A stretch of DNA of 39,884 nucleotides from Bacteroidota bacterium (GTDB taxonomy: Bacteria; Bacteroidota; Ignavibacteria; UBA10030; UBA8401): NCBI GenBank assembly GCA_028749215.1, contig JAQUOA010000002.1, positions 1 through 39,884 of the forward strand. Direction: 5' to 3'. The position numbers and the translations under genes are program-made. This document shows positions 16,343 to 25,890 of the stretch, in pieces. The notes below the pieces were generated by a model, which worked only from the letters and a program-made list of their open reading frames with translations, searched no databases and was not told where the DNA came from. The first letter of the stretch is position 1. Each line of letters starts with the position of its first letter.

Positions 16343-18700
16343 ATGAAAAAACTGATACACTCTTTCCTTCTGATTGTTTTCTTTTTTTCCGCAGCATGTT
16401 CACAAGTGTTTCCTTTAAAAAGAGAAGCCCGTGGTGCATGGATCGCTACCGTTGCCAACATTGACTGGCCAAGTTCAAATTCAGCCTCTCCTGCAGCACA
16501 GCAAGCCCAACTGATTTCTATTCTAGATCAACTATCAGCCGCCGGAATTAATATTGCAATTTTTCAAATCCGCTCTGAATGTGACGCCATGTACCAATCT
16601 CCATATGATCCATGGTCGTACTGGTTGACAGGAAGCCAGGGGACTGCACCGAATCCATTGTGGGATCCTTTACAATTTGCTGTGGAAGAGGCACATAAGC
16701 GAGGAATGGAATTGCATGCATGGTTTAATCCATATAGAGTTGAGCGATCTGCCGGCAACTATGCAGCGGCGGCGACCCATGTTTCAAAAACACATCCGGA
16801 CTGGGTATTGCAGGTCGGCAGCGTAAAATTTTTAGATCCCGGGTTAAAGGAAGTTCGCGATTACGTTTCCAAGGTAATTTCCGATGTTGTGCGGCGGTAT
16901 GATATCGACGCTGCTCACATGGATGATTATTTTTATGTGCAAGGAGTTTCGACTCAAGACGACAGTACTTTTGCAAATTATCCTCGTGGATTTATGAATC
17001 GTGGAGATTGGCGGAGAGATAATGTCAATCTTCTCCTCAAGCAAGTCTATGACAGCATTCAAGTGATAAAGCCTTGGGTGAAGTGGGGAATCAGTCCAGC
17101 AGGAATTTGGAGGAATGGCGTTCCATCAGGAATTATCGGCAATGATAATTACAGCGTATTGTATTGTGATCCGGTTGCATGGATGGCGGGAAAATATATC
17201 GACTATCTTGCCCCACAGTTGTACTGGAGGATTGGAGGCAATCAAGATTTTACATTACTCCTTCCTTGGTGGAACTCAGTTTCAAACGGGATACAAATTA
17301 TTCCGGGGCTTGCCGCATACAGAATCAATACTTCCAGTTTTGGTCCGGCAGGTGAAATTGGTAATCAAATTAGGTTTGATCGTGCCGATGGTACAACAGT
17401 GGCAGGAAATTTTCTTTACACAACAAACAACATAACTGGCAATCTTGGCGGATTAACCGATTCGTTGAAAAACGATTTATACAAATATTCCGCGTTGGTT
17501 CCGCGAATTGTCGGGAAAGATTCTCTGGCTCCAAATCCTCCGCTCAACGCACATTATGGTCGTTTCGGAAATTCTCCCATTGCCGAATTGCAGTGGGATG
17601 TTCCATCTAAAGCATCAGACAATGATACGGCTTCGATGTATGTGATTTATCAAACAGCAACACCGACTGTAACACAAGCGGAGATTGATAATGCACAAAA
17701 CATTGCACGGCTGACGAGTCAGAAATTTTTCAATCCATTGCAATCAAAGAAAACGGAAAAGAATTTTGTTATTACCGCACTGGATAAAAATAACAACGAG
17801 AGCTCAGCAAGCACGGTTGTGTCAATTTCCGGCGTTCCTGTTCAACCCTTGTTAGCATATCCCGCAGATAATGCACACGATCAACTTTCAACAGTCAACG
17901 TCGGTTGGAATTATGCCGAAGGTTCGAGCGGCTATATTGTGCAGATAGCGTCTGATTCAAGTTTTACAACACCGCTGGTCACCACCGGCGCGTTTTCTGA
18001 TTCGACATGGCAAGCGGCAAATTTACCAGGGCAACAATACTATTACTGGAAAGTGAAAGGGACAAATCTTGTTGGCGACGGAGCATACTCTATTACCAGA
18101 AAATTTTTCACAGGAATCCCGGCAACGCCGATGTTATTATTTCCGGCGCATGCCTCACTCAACCTCGAGGTCGATAGTGTGAAATTTACATGGAACGCTG
18201 CCGGTGCATCACAGACGTATCGTTTTCAAATTTCCACAACAACAGATTTCATTGTCAATGTCCTGGACACGACGATGTTGGCTGATACGAATTTTACGGT
18301 TCGAAATCTGAAGTCATCCACGATCTACCGATGGAGGGTCAACGCAGCAAACGCCGTCGGCGCAAGTTTGTGGTCGCCTATTTTCGGATTTAAAACAAAA
18401 ACAGTTGTTTCGGCGGATGAGTTTGCTGAGGTGCCGATGAAATTTGAGTTGAGTCAGAATTATCCGAATCCGTTTAATCCGGAGACCAACATTCGCTTTT
18501 CGCTGACTGAAAGCAATTTCACCGTGCTGAAAATTTACAACGTGCTTGGAAGTGAAGTGGCAACATTGGTGAATGAATCCATGCCTGCAGGCACTTACAC
18601 GGTGCCGTTCCGTGCCGAGCAATTAGCAAGCGGAGTTTACATTTATCGCATAATTTCAGGCAATTTTTCCGAAACAAAAAAGATGGTTTTACAAAAGTAA
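16343..18700 (+). CDS. Secreted GHL10-type (glycosyl-hydrolase-like 10 / YngK-like) protein with two tandem Ig/FN3-like modules and a T9SS C-terminal sorting domain
   Basis: ATG 16343 gives signal peptide MKKLIHSFLLIVFFFSAACSQ. GHL10 hallmarks: REARGAWIATVANIDWPSS and ELHAWFNPYR. Tandem modules of about 93 aa lie at 17837-18115 and 18116-about 18400. The C-terminal sorting domain at 18443-18697 reads FELSQNYPNPFNPETNIRF...GVYIYRIISGNFSETKKMVLQK. Confidence 0.8.
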   Translation: MKKLIHSFLLIVFFFSAACSQVFPLKREARGAWIATVANIDWPSSNSASPAAQQAQLISILDQLSAAGINIAIFQIRSECDAMYQSPYDPWSYWLTGSQGTAPNPLWDPLQFAVEEAHKRGMELHAWFNPYRVERSAGNYAAAATHVSKTHPDWVLQVGSVKFLDPGLKEVRDYVSKVISDVVRRYDIDAAHMDDYFYVQGVSTQDDSTFANYPRGFMNRGDWRRDNVNLLLKQVYDSIQVIKPWVKWGISPAGIWRNGVPSGIIGNDNYSVLYCDPVAWMAGKYIDYLAPQLYWRIGGNQDFTLLLPWWNSVSNGIQIIPGLAAYRINTSSFGPAGEIGNQIRFDRADGTTVAGNFLYTTNNITGNLGGLTDSLKNDLYKYSALVPRIVGKDSLAPNPPLNAHYGRFGNSPIAELQWDVPSKASDNDTASMYVIYQTATPTVTQAEIDNAQNIARLTSQKFFNPLQSKKTEKNFVITALDKNNNESSASTVVSISGVPVQPLLAYPADNAHDQLSTVNVGWNYAEGSSGYIVQIASDSSFTTPLVTTGAFSDSTWQAANLPGQQYYYWKVKGTNLVGDGAYSITRKFFTGIPATPMLLFPAHASLNLEVDSVKFTWNAAGASQTYRFQISTTTDFIVNVLDTTMLADTNFTVRNLKSSTIYRWRVNAANAVGASLWSPIFGFKTKTVVSADEFAEVPMKFELSQNYPNPFNPETNIRFSLTESNFTVLKIYNVLGSEVATLVNESMPAGTYTVPFRAEQLASGVYIYRIISGNFSETKKMVLQK

Positions 18701-18905
18701 CAATGAATATTTATGCAACATCCTGAAATTTTTTCTGTTGTGTTATCATTAAATTTTTGTTACACTCATGTACTATTTTTATAGCTTTCTATTGTGCAGA
18801 AGGCGCTTTTCTACAAGTAACGATCCCACCCTGCTGAGTAGAAAGTACAACGATGATCATTGACCCTCGAAATCAACAATCCTTTTTGTTAAAGGAGATG
18901 AATCC

Positions 18906-21900
18906 GTGAAACGTATTGCTACTCTGTCTCTGCTTCTCAGCATTTTTCTGTGTGCATTTCTCATTGCCGGAACGACCGGCAAAATTTCCGGTATTGTCAC
19001 AAACGTGCAGACCGGCGAACGTCTGCTTGGCGTTAATGTGTTGATTGTTGGAACGACATCGGGTGCTTCAACCGATCCGGATGGTTTTTTTGCCATTGTG
19101 AATGTGCCTCCCGGAGAATATTCGGTTCGAGCATCATCACTTGGTTATACCGCTATTGTACAAACAAAAGTTCGCGTCATCGTCGATCAAACCACCGAAT
19201 TGAATTTTCGTTTAAATGAAGAAATTGTAAAAGGCGAAGAAGTTGTCGTCATTGCTCAGCGGCCGGTGGTGCAAAAAGATGTGGCAACAAGTGTGGCGAA
19301 TATCTCATCAAAAGAAATTGAAAGCCTTCCTGTCACGACAATCAGCGGCGTGGTTGGATTGCAGGCAGGCGTGCAGGCAGGGCTGGTCATCCGCGGGTCA
19401 AACAATGCTGACCAGACAGCATTTATTGTTGACGGGCTGACGCTGCGGGATGAACGAAACAATAAACCGTACTCCGCCATCAGCTTAAGTTCAGTTCAAG
19501 ATATACAAGTACAGACCGGAGGGTTCAATGCTGAGTACGGAAACATCCGATCCGGAGTGGTGAATGTGATCACGAAGGATGGAAGTCCGACGTTGTATAC
19601 ATTTTCCGCAACTGCGCGGTTGAGCCCGCCGACGGCAAAAAATTTCGGCGGTTCAATTTACAATTCTAATTCGTACTTCATGCGTCCTTTTCTAGACCCC
19701 GCCGTGGCATTTACGGGGACAGGAACAGGCACAGATCCAGGCGCGTGGGATAAGTGGACGCGTCAGCAGTACAGACCGTTTGTCGGTTGGAATGCAATCT
19801 CGCAAGCTTCACTTGCCGACAACGATCCAAGGAATGATTTAACTCCGGAAGCGGCGCAGCAATTATTTAAATACATGCATAGAAAACAAGGCGATATTAC
19901 AAAACCTGATTATGATGTTGATGCAGGTTTCGGCGGCCCCGTTCCATTCGTCAGCTCCATGCTTGGCAATCTTCGTTTCTTTGCATCGTACCGCCAGCAA
20001 AAAAGTATGTACATGATTCCTCTTTCACGCGAAGCGTACGAAGACTATAACGGTCAAGTCAAGTTCACTTCTGATATTACGACTACGCTCAAACTAGCCG
20101 TGCAGGGGATGATGGGTCAGCAGTTAGGGACAACGGATAATAATTCGGGTAATTCCGGATTGATGCAGACAGCAGGAGATATTGCGACAAGTTTAAATAA
20201 AGCCAACTATGGCGATCTTCAAATTTACACCAATGATTATTATGCTCCATCGACAGTAAAAATGACCAGCCTCGGAGGCAAGGTTACACAACTTCTTTCA
20301 GCAGAGACATTTTATGAAGCAAGCGTCAATTACGTAGGATTTAAGTACGACACCAATCCTGGCAGAGCTCGTGATACAACAAAGCGTGTTCTTTTTGGCA
20401 ACGGCTATTACGTTGATGAAGAACCATTCGGCTATATGCAGCAAAATAATGATTACTTCTTCACCCCAAGCTTTACCAACAAGTACGGTCAAAGCGGGTC
20501 GCGCGATACCAGCAGGATTTCTAACACCACGGTAAAAGTGGATTTTAACAGTCAGGTAAATAGATACAATCAGATTAAAACCGGTGTTGAACTTGTACTT
20601 TCCATGAATAACTCGAACTACGCATCGGTCAACAGCGTGAGCGGTTCCAAAACTGTTTCACAGTGGACCACCTATCCCTACCGCGCTTCACTGTATGCGC
20701 AGGATAAATTTGAATATGAGGGGATGGTAGCGAATTTTGGAGTCCGCATGGATGTCTCGAATCCGAACGGCGATTGGTATATTTATAACCCCTATGACAA
20801 TTCGCTGTTTGGCGGTCAGTCGTTAAATCTCGATAAGCTGTTGGTCCGCACACGCGTTGAAAAGAATGTCACATTCAGTCCCCGCCTTGGCATCGCATTC
20901 CCGATCACTGACTATGCAAAACTCTTTTTCAATTACGGCCATTTCCGTTCCATGCCTCAGCCGGAAGATTTGTTTTTGGTACGGCATGATCCGGTCAGTA
21001 AAAGTGTCTCCCGAATTGCCAACCCAAATAATCCTTTGCCAAAAACGATTGCGTACGAATTGGGGTATGAACACAGTCTCTTAGAGGAGTACCTCATTCG
21101 TGTTGTGGGATATTATAAAAATGTTTCAGATCAAATTACACAACTCACCGTGCTGGGATCAAAGGTTAATTACACGGTGTCGACTCCGAATTCATATGAA
21201 GATATTCGCGGATTTGAAGTAACACTTTCCCGCAACCGCGGTGAATGGATAACCGGATTTCTTAATTATACGTACATGGCACGTTCAACCGGCCGGTTCG
21301 GATTTCGCCAAATATCACAAAGCATTACCGATCAAAATAATTACGAGGCAATTCATACCGACGAACTATACCAAACAAAACCGGTTGCTCAACCGTTTGC
21401 CCGCCTGAGTGTCGATTTCTTTACGCCGGCAGACTATATGCAAAACGAAGTAGGAGTAGGGGGCGTAGGATTGTTAAACGATTGGCGATTGAATATGACA
21501 ACAAATTGGAGTTCGGGCGCTTACGATACATGGACAGGAAATGTAAGCAGTTCGCTTCCGGACGTGAGAAATAATGTTCAATGGAAAGACACGTATGGCG
21601 CCAATATCCGGTTGAGCAAAAACTTTAAATTTGGTGCCGCAAATGTCCAGCTGTTTGCCGACATCAATAATATTTTCAACATAAGAAATTTTACAGGATC
21701 GTCTGACGGCGGTTATGGATTTACGAGTGTTGATGATGAAAACAGCTATTGGCAATCGCTGCACTTACCGAAAGAAATTGTAGAAGATCGCTTTAACTAC
21801 ATTAACATTCCCGGCAGCGATCAACCGGGAGAGGTTCGAAAAGATGGTGCACCGTATGTTCACATAGAACCGGTCAAAACTCTCGCCGATGCAAATTATA

Positions 21901-22103
21901 TTGTTTCTACGGCAATTTATTGGGACAAGTCTACCGGGAGATATATGGAGAACAAGGGGAGCGGTTGGACCGAAGTGAGTTCATCTCGTATGAAAAAAAT
22001 TCTTGATGATAAATCATATATCGATATGCCTAACATGGATTTTCTGGTATTTCTAAATCCCCGCGATATTTTTTGGGGACTGAAAGTAACATTTGAATTT
22101 TAA
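18906..22103 (+). CDS. SusC-like TonB-dependent outer-membrane receptor (CarboxypepD_reg domain, plug and large barrel)
   Basis: GTG 18906 after AAAGGAG. Signal peptide, then a carboxypeptidase-regulatory-like domain (GKISGIVTNVQTGERLLGVNVLIVGTTSGASTDPDGFFAIVNVPPGEYSVRASSLGY). A TonB-box-like EEVVVIA is at 19236-19256. Plug motifs: VIRGSNNADQTAFIVDGL...VQTGGFNAEYGNIRSGVVNVITKDG. The barrel ends in a terminal Phe (LKVTFEF). Confidence 0.8.
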   Translation: MKRIATLSLLLSIFLCAFLIAGTTGKISGIVTNVQTGERLLGVNVLIVGTTSGASTDPDGFFAIVNVPPGEYSVRASSLGYTAIVQTKVRVIVDQTTELNFRLNEEIVKGEEVVVIAQRPVVQKDVATSVANISSKEIESLPVTTISGVVGLQAGVQAGLVIRGSNNADQTAFIVDGLTLRDERNNKPYSAISLSSVQDIQVQTGGFNAEYGNIRSGVVNVITKDGSPTLYTFSATARLSPPTAKNFGGSIYNSNSYFMRPFLDPAVAFTGTGTGTDPGAWDKWTRQQYRPFVGWNAISQASLADNDPRNDLTPEAAQQLFKYMHRKQGDITKPDYDVDAGFGGPVPFVSSMLGNLRFFASYRQQKSMYMIPLSREAYEDYNGQVKFTSDITTTLKLAVQGMMGQQLGTTDNNSGNSGLMQTAGDIATSLNKANYGDLQIYTNDYYAPSTVKMTSLGGKVTQLLSAETFYEASVNYVGFKYDTNPGRARDTTKRVLFGNGYYVDEEPFGYMQQNNDYFFTPSFTNKYGQSGSRDTSRISNTTVKVDFNSQVNRYNQIKTGVELVLSMNNSNYASVNSVSGSKTVSQWTTYPYRASLYAQDKFEYEGMVANFGVRMDVSNPNGDWYIYNPYDNSLFGGQSLNLDKLLVRTRVEKNVTFSPRLGIAFPITDYAKLFFNYGHFRSMPQPEDLFLVRHDPVSKSVSRIANPNNPLPKTIAYELGYEHSLLEEYLIRVVGYYKNVSDQITQLTVLGSKVNYTVSTPNSYEDIRGFEVTLSRNRGEWITGFLNYTYMARSTGRFGFRQISQSITDQNNYEAIHTDELYQTKPVAQPFARLSVDFFTPADYMQNEVGVGGVGLLNDWRLNMTTNWSSGAYDTWTGNVSSSLPDVRNNVQWKDTYGANIRLSKNFKFGAANVQLFADINNIFNIRNFTGSSDGGYGFTSVDDENSYWQSLHLPKEIVEDRFNYINIPGSDQPGEVRKDGAPYVHIEPVKTLADANYIVSTAIYWDKSTGRYMENKGSGWTEVSSSRMKKILDDKSYIDMPNMDFLVFLNPRDIFWGLKVTFEF

Positions 22104-22126
22104 GCAACGGTGATTATGAGGATACT

Positions 22127-24211
22127 ATGAATTATAAACGTTTCGTTGTTATTGCTGCGGTAATGCTTCCATCATTTGTAATTGCTCAAGAATCAAATAC
22201 ATACAAGTGGATGACAGTAGGATCACTTCATAATTTGTTTTCAAATTATGGCTCTGAAATAGAAACAGGAAGAACCGGAAAAACCGCCGATCAGGCGGAT
22301 GGATTGCGGTGGCCTGCCCTGTATCGTACGCAAGATATGCAGGCGGCAAAGGCCATTTGGATTGGGACAACAAATTATACCGATGCAAAGGGAACTTTTG
22401 TTCATAAAATAGTGCACGTTGGCCCGCGTCCAACCGCAGGCAGTTATGCCGGCGAAACTTTTCCTGTTCTTTTCAAAATGACCAGCAAGTACGATCCTCC
22501 ACTGGTATATGTTGACGGCGTGCAGACGTACAACACCTTGGTTGAAAATGATGACGTCGATCCCACAATGAAATGGGATCGAATGATTGATAATGTTGAC
22601 AACACGCCAATTGGTTTGACGATGCATAGAAAAATTATTGCCTTCGGACAGCCATACCATGACAATTACATCGTGTACGATTACACCTTTACCAATACCG
22701 GATTAATTGACGATAAGGGAACCAAACGGGCAAATGCAACCTTGAACAATGTGTACGTCTATTTTTTAAATCGGTATGGAATCAATAGGGATGTACAGCC
22801 GGTCATTGGAGATCCTGTCGCGTATGGGAAAAATTTAGTGACTGATTTCCGCGGCGATACGACGAACCCCGGTCCGGCAAAATATTTTTCGACCAATACC
22901 GATAATAACGATCTGCGTGTTGGATTTGCTTGGCATGGGTATTATCCGGGATTCACCGGAGGATATGATAATATTGGGGGACCAATATTTAAACAGGCCA
23001 CAGGACACGTTGCCGGCGATACCGTTGGAAGATTGGGTGCGTACCAATTTGTAGGATGGGCAACGCTCCACGCAGACAAATCTCCAAGCGATACCTCAGA
23101 TGATACTAAGCAGCCGTCAACAACTTCGTACGAAGGATCGGATGGACAATATGTAAGTGCCGGAAGTATTGACCAGTATAATCCGGCTGCCATGGACGGG
23201 CAATGGGCGATGATCACCAAAGGCCATGTAATACCTCGCCATGCCGATCTATTGACTCCAACAACTGGTGATCCCTCTTTAGGTAATTCAGGCGGTCAAT
23301 CAATGGCAGTTGGTTACGGTCCTTACACTATCGCACCATCGGAGAGTATTCATATTGTTGTCGCCGAGCTTGCAGCTGGTTTATCCCGTGATGCATCGAT
23401 CCAAATTGGAAGAGCCTTCAAAGCAAGTTCGTCTGCACCAATTACGTTTAATGGAGTTACAAAATCTAAAAATGATTGGGTGTTTACAGGAAAAGATTCA
23501 CTGTTTCAATCGGTGAGACGAGCGCTTGCGAATTACCAAAGCGGCTGGAATATTTCTCAACCGCCTCCGCCTCCAACAACTGTCAATATCTTCAGCAGAG
23601 CAAATAAAATCCATATGGAATGGTTGGTTCCAAATGATCCTAAAATTGACGGATGGGAAATATGGCGGGCTTCTGCACAGTACGACAGCACCTATTATAA
23701 AATTTGGGAAGGCCCCGCTAGTGCGACCTCATACGATGATACCTTGGGCAGATTTGATGTTGCGTACTATTATTACATAGCGTCAATCGGTAAAGCGTCG
23801 GATAATACCGGTGTTGGAAACACGCCGCTTGGCAGATTAACGAGCAGTCGGTATTATACTCAGACGTACACCCCCGCTTATCGCCGGTTAGGTGCTTCAT
23901 TGGCGCTGGTGAAATCTAATATCAGGATTGTACCGAATCCGTATAACCTGGGAGCCGATGCGCGAAATTTATTATTTCCCGGTCAGCAGGATAAAATTGT
24001 GTTCAAAAATATTCCTGGAATTTGTACCATAAAAATTTATTCCGAATTGGGTGAATTGATCAAAACGCTCGATCATACCAACGAAACAGGGTCACAGGAT
24101 TATAATTTAACGACATCGTCTAATCAAATTATTGTGAGCGGCATTTACATTGCCGTGATCGAGACACCCAAAGGTGAACGAAGCATCCATAAATTTGTTG
24201 TCATCCGGTAA
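22127..24211 (+). CDS. Secreted 694-aa protein of unknown function with an FN3-like module and a divergent T9SS-sorting-domain-like C-terminus
   Basis: Signal peptide MNYKRFVVIAAVMLPSFVIAQ with no lipobox. I recognise no family in the roughly 470-aa N-terminal region. A PPPPP linker leads into an FN3-like module (IHMEWLVPNDPKIDGWEIWRA...YYYYIASIG). The C-terminal beta-sandwich at 23921-24208 reads IRIVPNPYN...CTIKIYSELGELIKTL...SGIYIAVIETPKGERSIHKFVVIR. Confidence 0.6.
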   Translation: MNYKRFVVIAAVMLPSFVIAQESNTYKWMTVGSLHNLFSNYGSEIETGRTGKTADQADGLRWPALYRTQDMQAAKAIWIGTTNYTDAKGTFVHKIVHVGPRPTAGSYAGETFPVLFKMTSKYDPPLVYVDGVQTYNTLVENDDVDPTMKWDRMIDNVDNTPIGLTMHRKIIAFGQPYHDNYIVYDYTFTNTGLIDDKGTKRANATLNNVYVYFLNRYGINRDVQPVIGDPVAYGKNLVTDFRGDTTNPGPAKYFSTNTDNNDLRVGFAWHGYYPGFTGGYDNIGGPIFKQATGHVAGDTVGRLGAYQFVGWATLHADKSPSDTSDDTKQPSTTSYEGSDGQYVSAGSIDQYNPAAMDGQWAMITKGHVIPRHADLLTPTTGDPSLGNSGGQSMAVGYGPYTIAPSESIHIVVAELAAGLSRDASIQIGRAFKASSSAPITFNGVTKSKNDWVFTGKDSLFQSVRRALANYQSGWNISQPPPPPTTVNIFSRANKIHMEWLVPNDPKIDGWEIWRASAQYDSTYYKIWEGPASATSYDDTLGRFDVAYYYYIASIGKASDNTGVGNTPLGRLTSSRYYTQTYTPAYRRLGASLALVKSNIRIVPNPYNLGADARNLLFPGQQDKIVFKNIPGICTIKIYSELGELIKTLDHTNETGSQDYNLTTSSNQIIVSGIYIAVIETPKGERSIHKFVVIR

Positions 24212-24229
24212 AAAAGTTTGGACTTGCGT

Positions 24230-24844
24230 ATGAAAAATTTACTCGTCGTATTATTTCTTGCAGGAATCAGCCTCTTTTGTTCTTCCTGTGTCAAATCAAC
24301 TTCCTCGGACAAATATGATGCTGTGTGGAAACCGTATTCCAGTACGATATGGGCCAAGCAATCGGCAGGCATCACAAATTTTGCCGCGGCCGATGGGGGC
24401 TGTAATTTCGATGCCACCATTACCACCGCCAGCATAGCCGATACAGTATGGCTTATTCCGACCATGTACAATATTTCAAATATCGAATCTGGGAAAAATC
24501 CGCTGTTGACCATATCGGCGAGTGTATCTTCAAATCCGGATTCAATGAAACTTGACAGTGCCCATTATACGTATTTTCAATTTGGAAGACTCGACGGAAC
24601 GATACAAACATTCGGAAAGGACAGCGTACGCACGCAGCCGAGATCGTTTGCTTCAAATACTCTGTATTCATACGCCCCCAGTATCCGTCCTGATTCTTGC
24701 AGCAGGCAAATGTATATACAAATAATCTTACACTGGAACAGCTACTCTGGCCCGGCGGTGCTTGATACGTTGAAATCGGCAAAAATATCTGTTCAGTTGA
24801 AAAATATTTCGTTTGCTGTTTCCGGTATCGATATTCTGAAATAA
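24230..24844 (+). CDS. Small putative lipoprotein, unknown function
   Basis: MKNLLVVLFLAGISLFCSSC has a signal peptide with Cys near the cleavage region, though the lipobox is imperfect. It is tightly packed between neighbours, with gaps of 18 nt and 24 nt. I recognise no family. Confidence 0.5.
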   Translation: MKNLLVVLFLAGISLFCSSCVKSTSSDKYDAVWKPYSSTIWAKQSAGITNFAAADGGCNFDATITTASIADTVWLIPTMYNISNIESGKNPLLTISASVSSNPDSMKLDSAHYTYFQFGRLDGTIQTFGKDSVRTQPRSFASNTLYSYAPSIRPDSCSRQMYIQIILHWNSYSGPAVLDTLKSAKISVQLKNISFAVSGIDILK

Positions 24845-24868
24845 GTGTCTCTCAATAGGCAGGTTACT

Positions 24869-25867
24869 ATGAAAAAATATTGTACTCTTTTCCTTCTCGC
24901 GGGCGTTACAGCCTTGGCTGTCGCGCAAAATAACAAACTTGCTCAAACGGGTTTGAAATTTTTAAACGTTGCAACCGATCCCCGGGCTGTGGCAATGGGA
25001 GAAGCAGTGACGTCGGTGGAAGGAACATCGTCGGCATTGTTCTTCAACCCTGCAGGATTAGCGCGTTTGCACTCATCGGCACACGCAGAATTTGGAAGCA
25101 CGCAATGGATCGCCGATATCAAACAGATCTACGGCAGTGTGGCGATCGCAACACCGAACAATGATTACGGGGTGTTCGGCATTACATTTCAATCCGTGGA
25201 TTATGGTGCCATACCGCGAACAGTCTTTGCCGATAATGCCGACGGCTATATGGACATGGGTACATTTTCTCCAGCAGCGTTATCATTAGGGATCGGTTAC
25301 GCCCGATCGTTAAGCGATAAGTTTTCTGTGGGGGGACGCGTAGCGTACAATATGCAAGACTTGGGAGAAGGTTTCAACACTATTGATGCCAACAGAAATC
25401 CTATTGCAACAAAGAATAGAGTGGAAGTACTGTCATTTGATTTTGGGATGTTCTATAAAACAGGTTTTAAGAGTTTAAATTTTGCCATGAGCGTAAAAAA
25501 TTTTTCCAAAGAGGTCAAATATCAGCGCGAAGGTTTTCAACTGCCGTTGATGTTTCGCATTGGTGTTTCGGTCAATGCCATGGATTTTATTTCAGAAGAA
25601 CAGACTGCTGATCCGTTCTTAGTTTCTGTTGATGCCAACAATGCACGCGATTATCCGGAAACCGTTAACCTTGGCGGTGAATATGTTTTTATGAAAACAT
25701 TCTCGCTTCGGGCAGGATATATGTTTGGTTATGATGAACATAATTTTACGGCGGGGATTGGTGTTCAACAAACGATTGAAGGATTCGGCGTAGGATTGGA
25801 TTACGCCTACACGCCCTATGGAATTTTTGGAACCGTCAATCGATTTGCAATACAAATGTATTTCTAA
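24869..25867 (+). CDS. PorV/PorQ-family-like outer-membrane beta-barrel
   Basis: ATG 24869 gives signal peptide MKKYCTLFLLAGVTALAVAQ. The N-terminal motif GLKFLNVATDPRAVAMGEAVTSVEGTSSALFFNPAGLARL is PorV/PorQ-like. The protein is about 330 aa and ends with a terminal aromatic (FAIQMYF). Confidence 0.65.
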   Translation: MKKYCTLFLLAGVTALAVAQNNKLAQTGLKFLNVATDPRAVAMGEAVTSVEGTSSALFFNPAGLARLHSSAHAEFGSTQWIADIKQIYGSVAIATPNNDYGVFGITFQSVDYGAIPRTVFADNADGYMDMGTFSPAALSLGIGYARSLSDKFSVGGRVAYNMQDLGEGFNTIDANRNPIATKNRVEVLSFDFGMFYKTGFKSLNFAMSVKNFSKEVKYQREGFQLPLMFRIGVSVNAMDFISEEQTADPFLVSVDANNARDYPETVNLGGEYVFMKTFSLRAGYMFGYDEHNFTAGIGVQQTIEGFGVGLDYAYTPYGIFGTVNRFAIQMYF

Positions 25868-25890
25868 TTTAATCTTGCGAAGATAATTGT

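Noticed and set aside
18701-18905. Possible riboswitch (cobalamin or TPP, for example) in the 205-nt leader of the TonB-dependent receptor
   Set aside because: I found no B12-box-like GCCACTG, no TPP-type CTGAGA/ACCTGA elements and no convincing multi-stem structure. There is only a weak 7-bp repeat (TTTCTAC/GTAGAAA) with a 23-nt loop.
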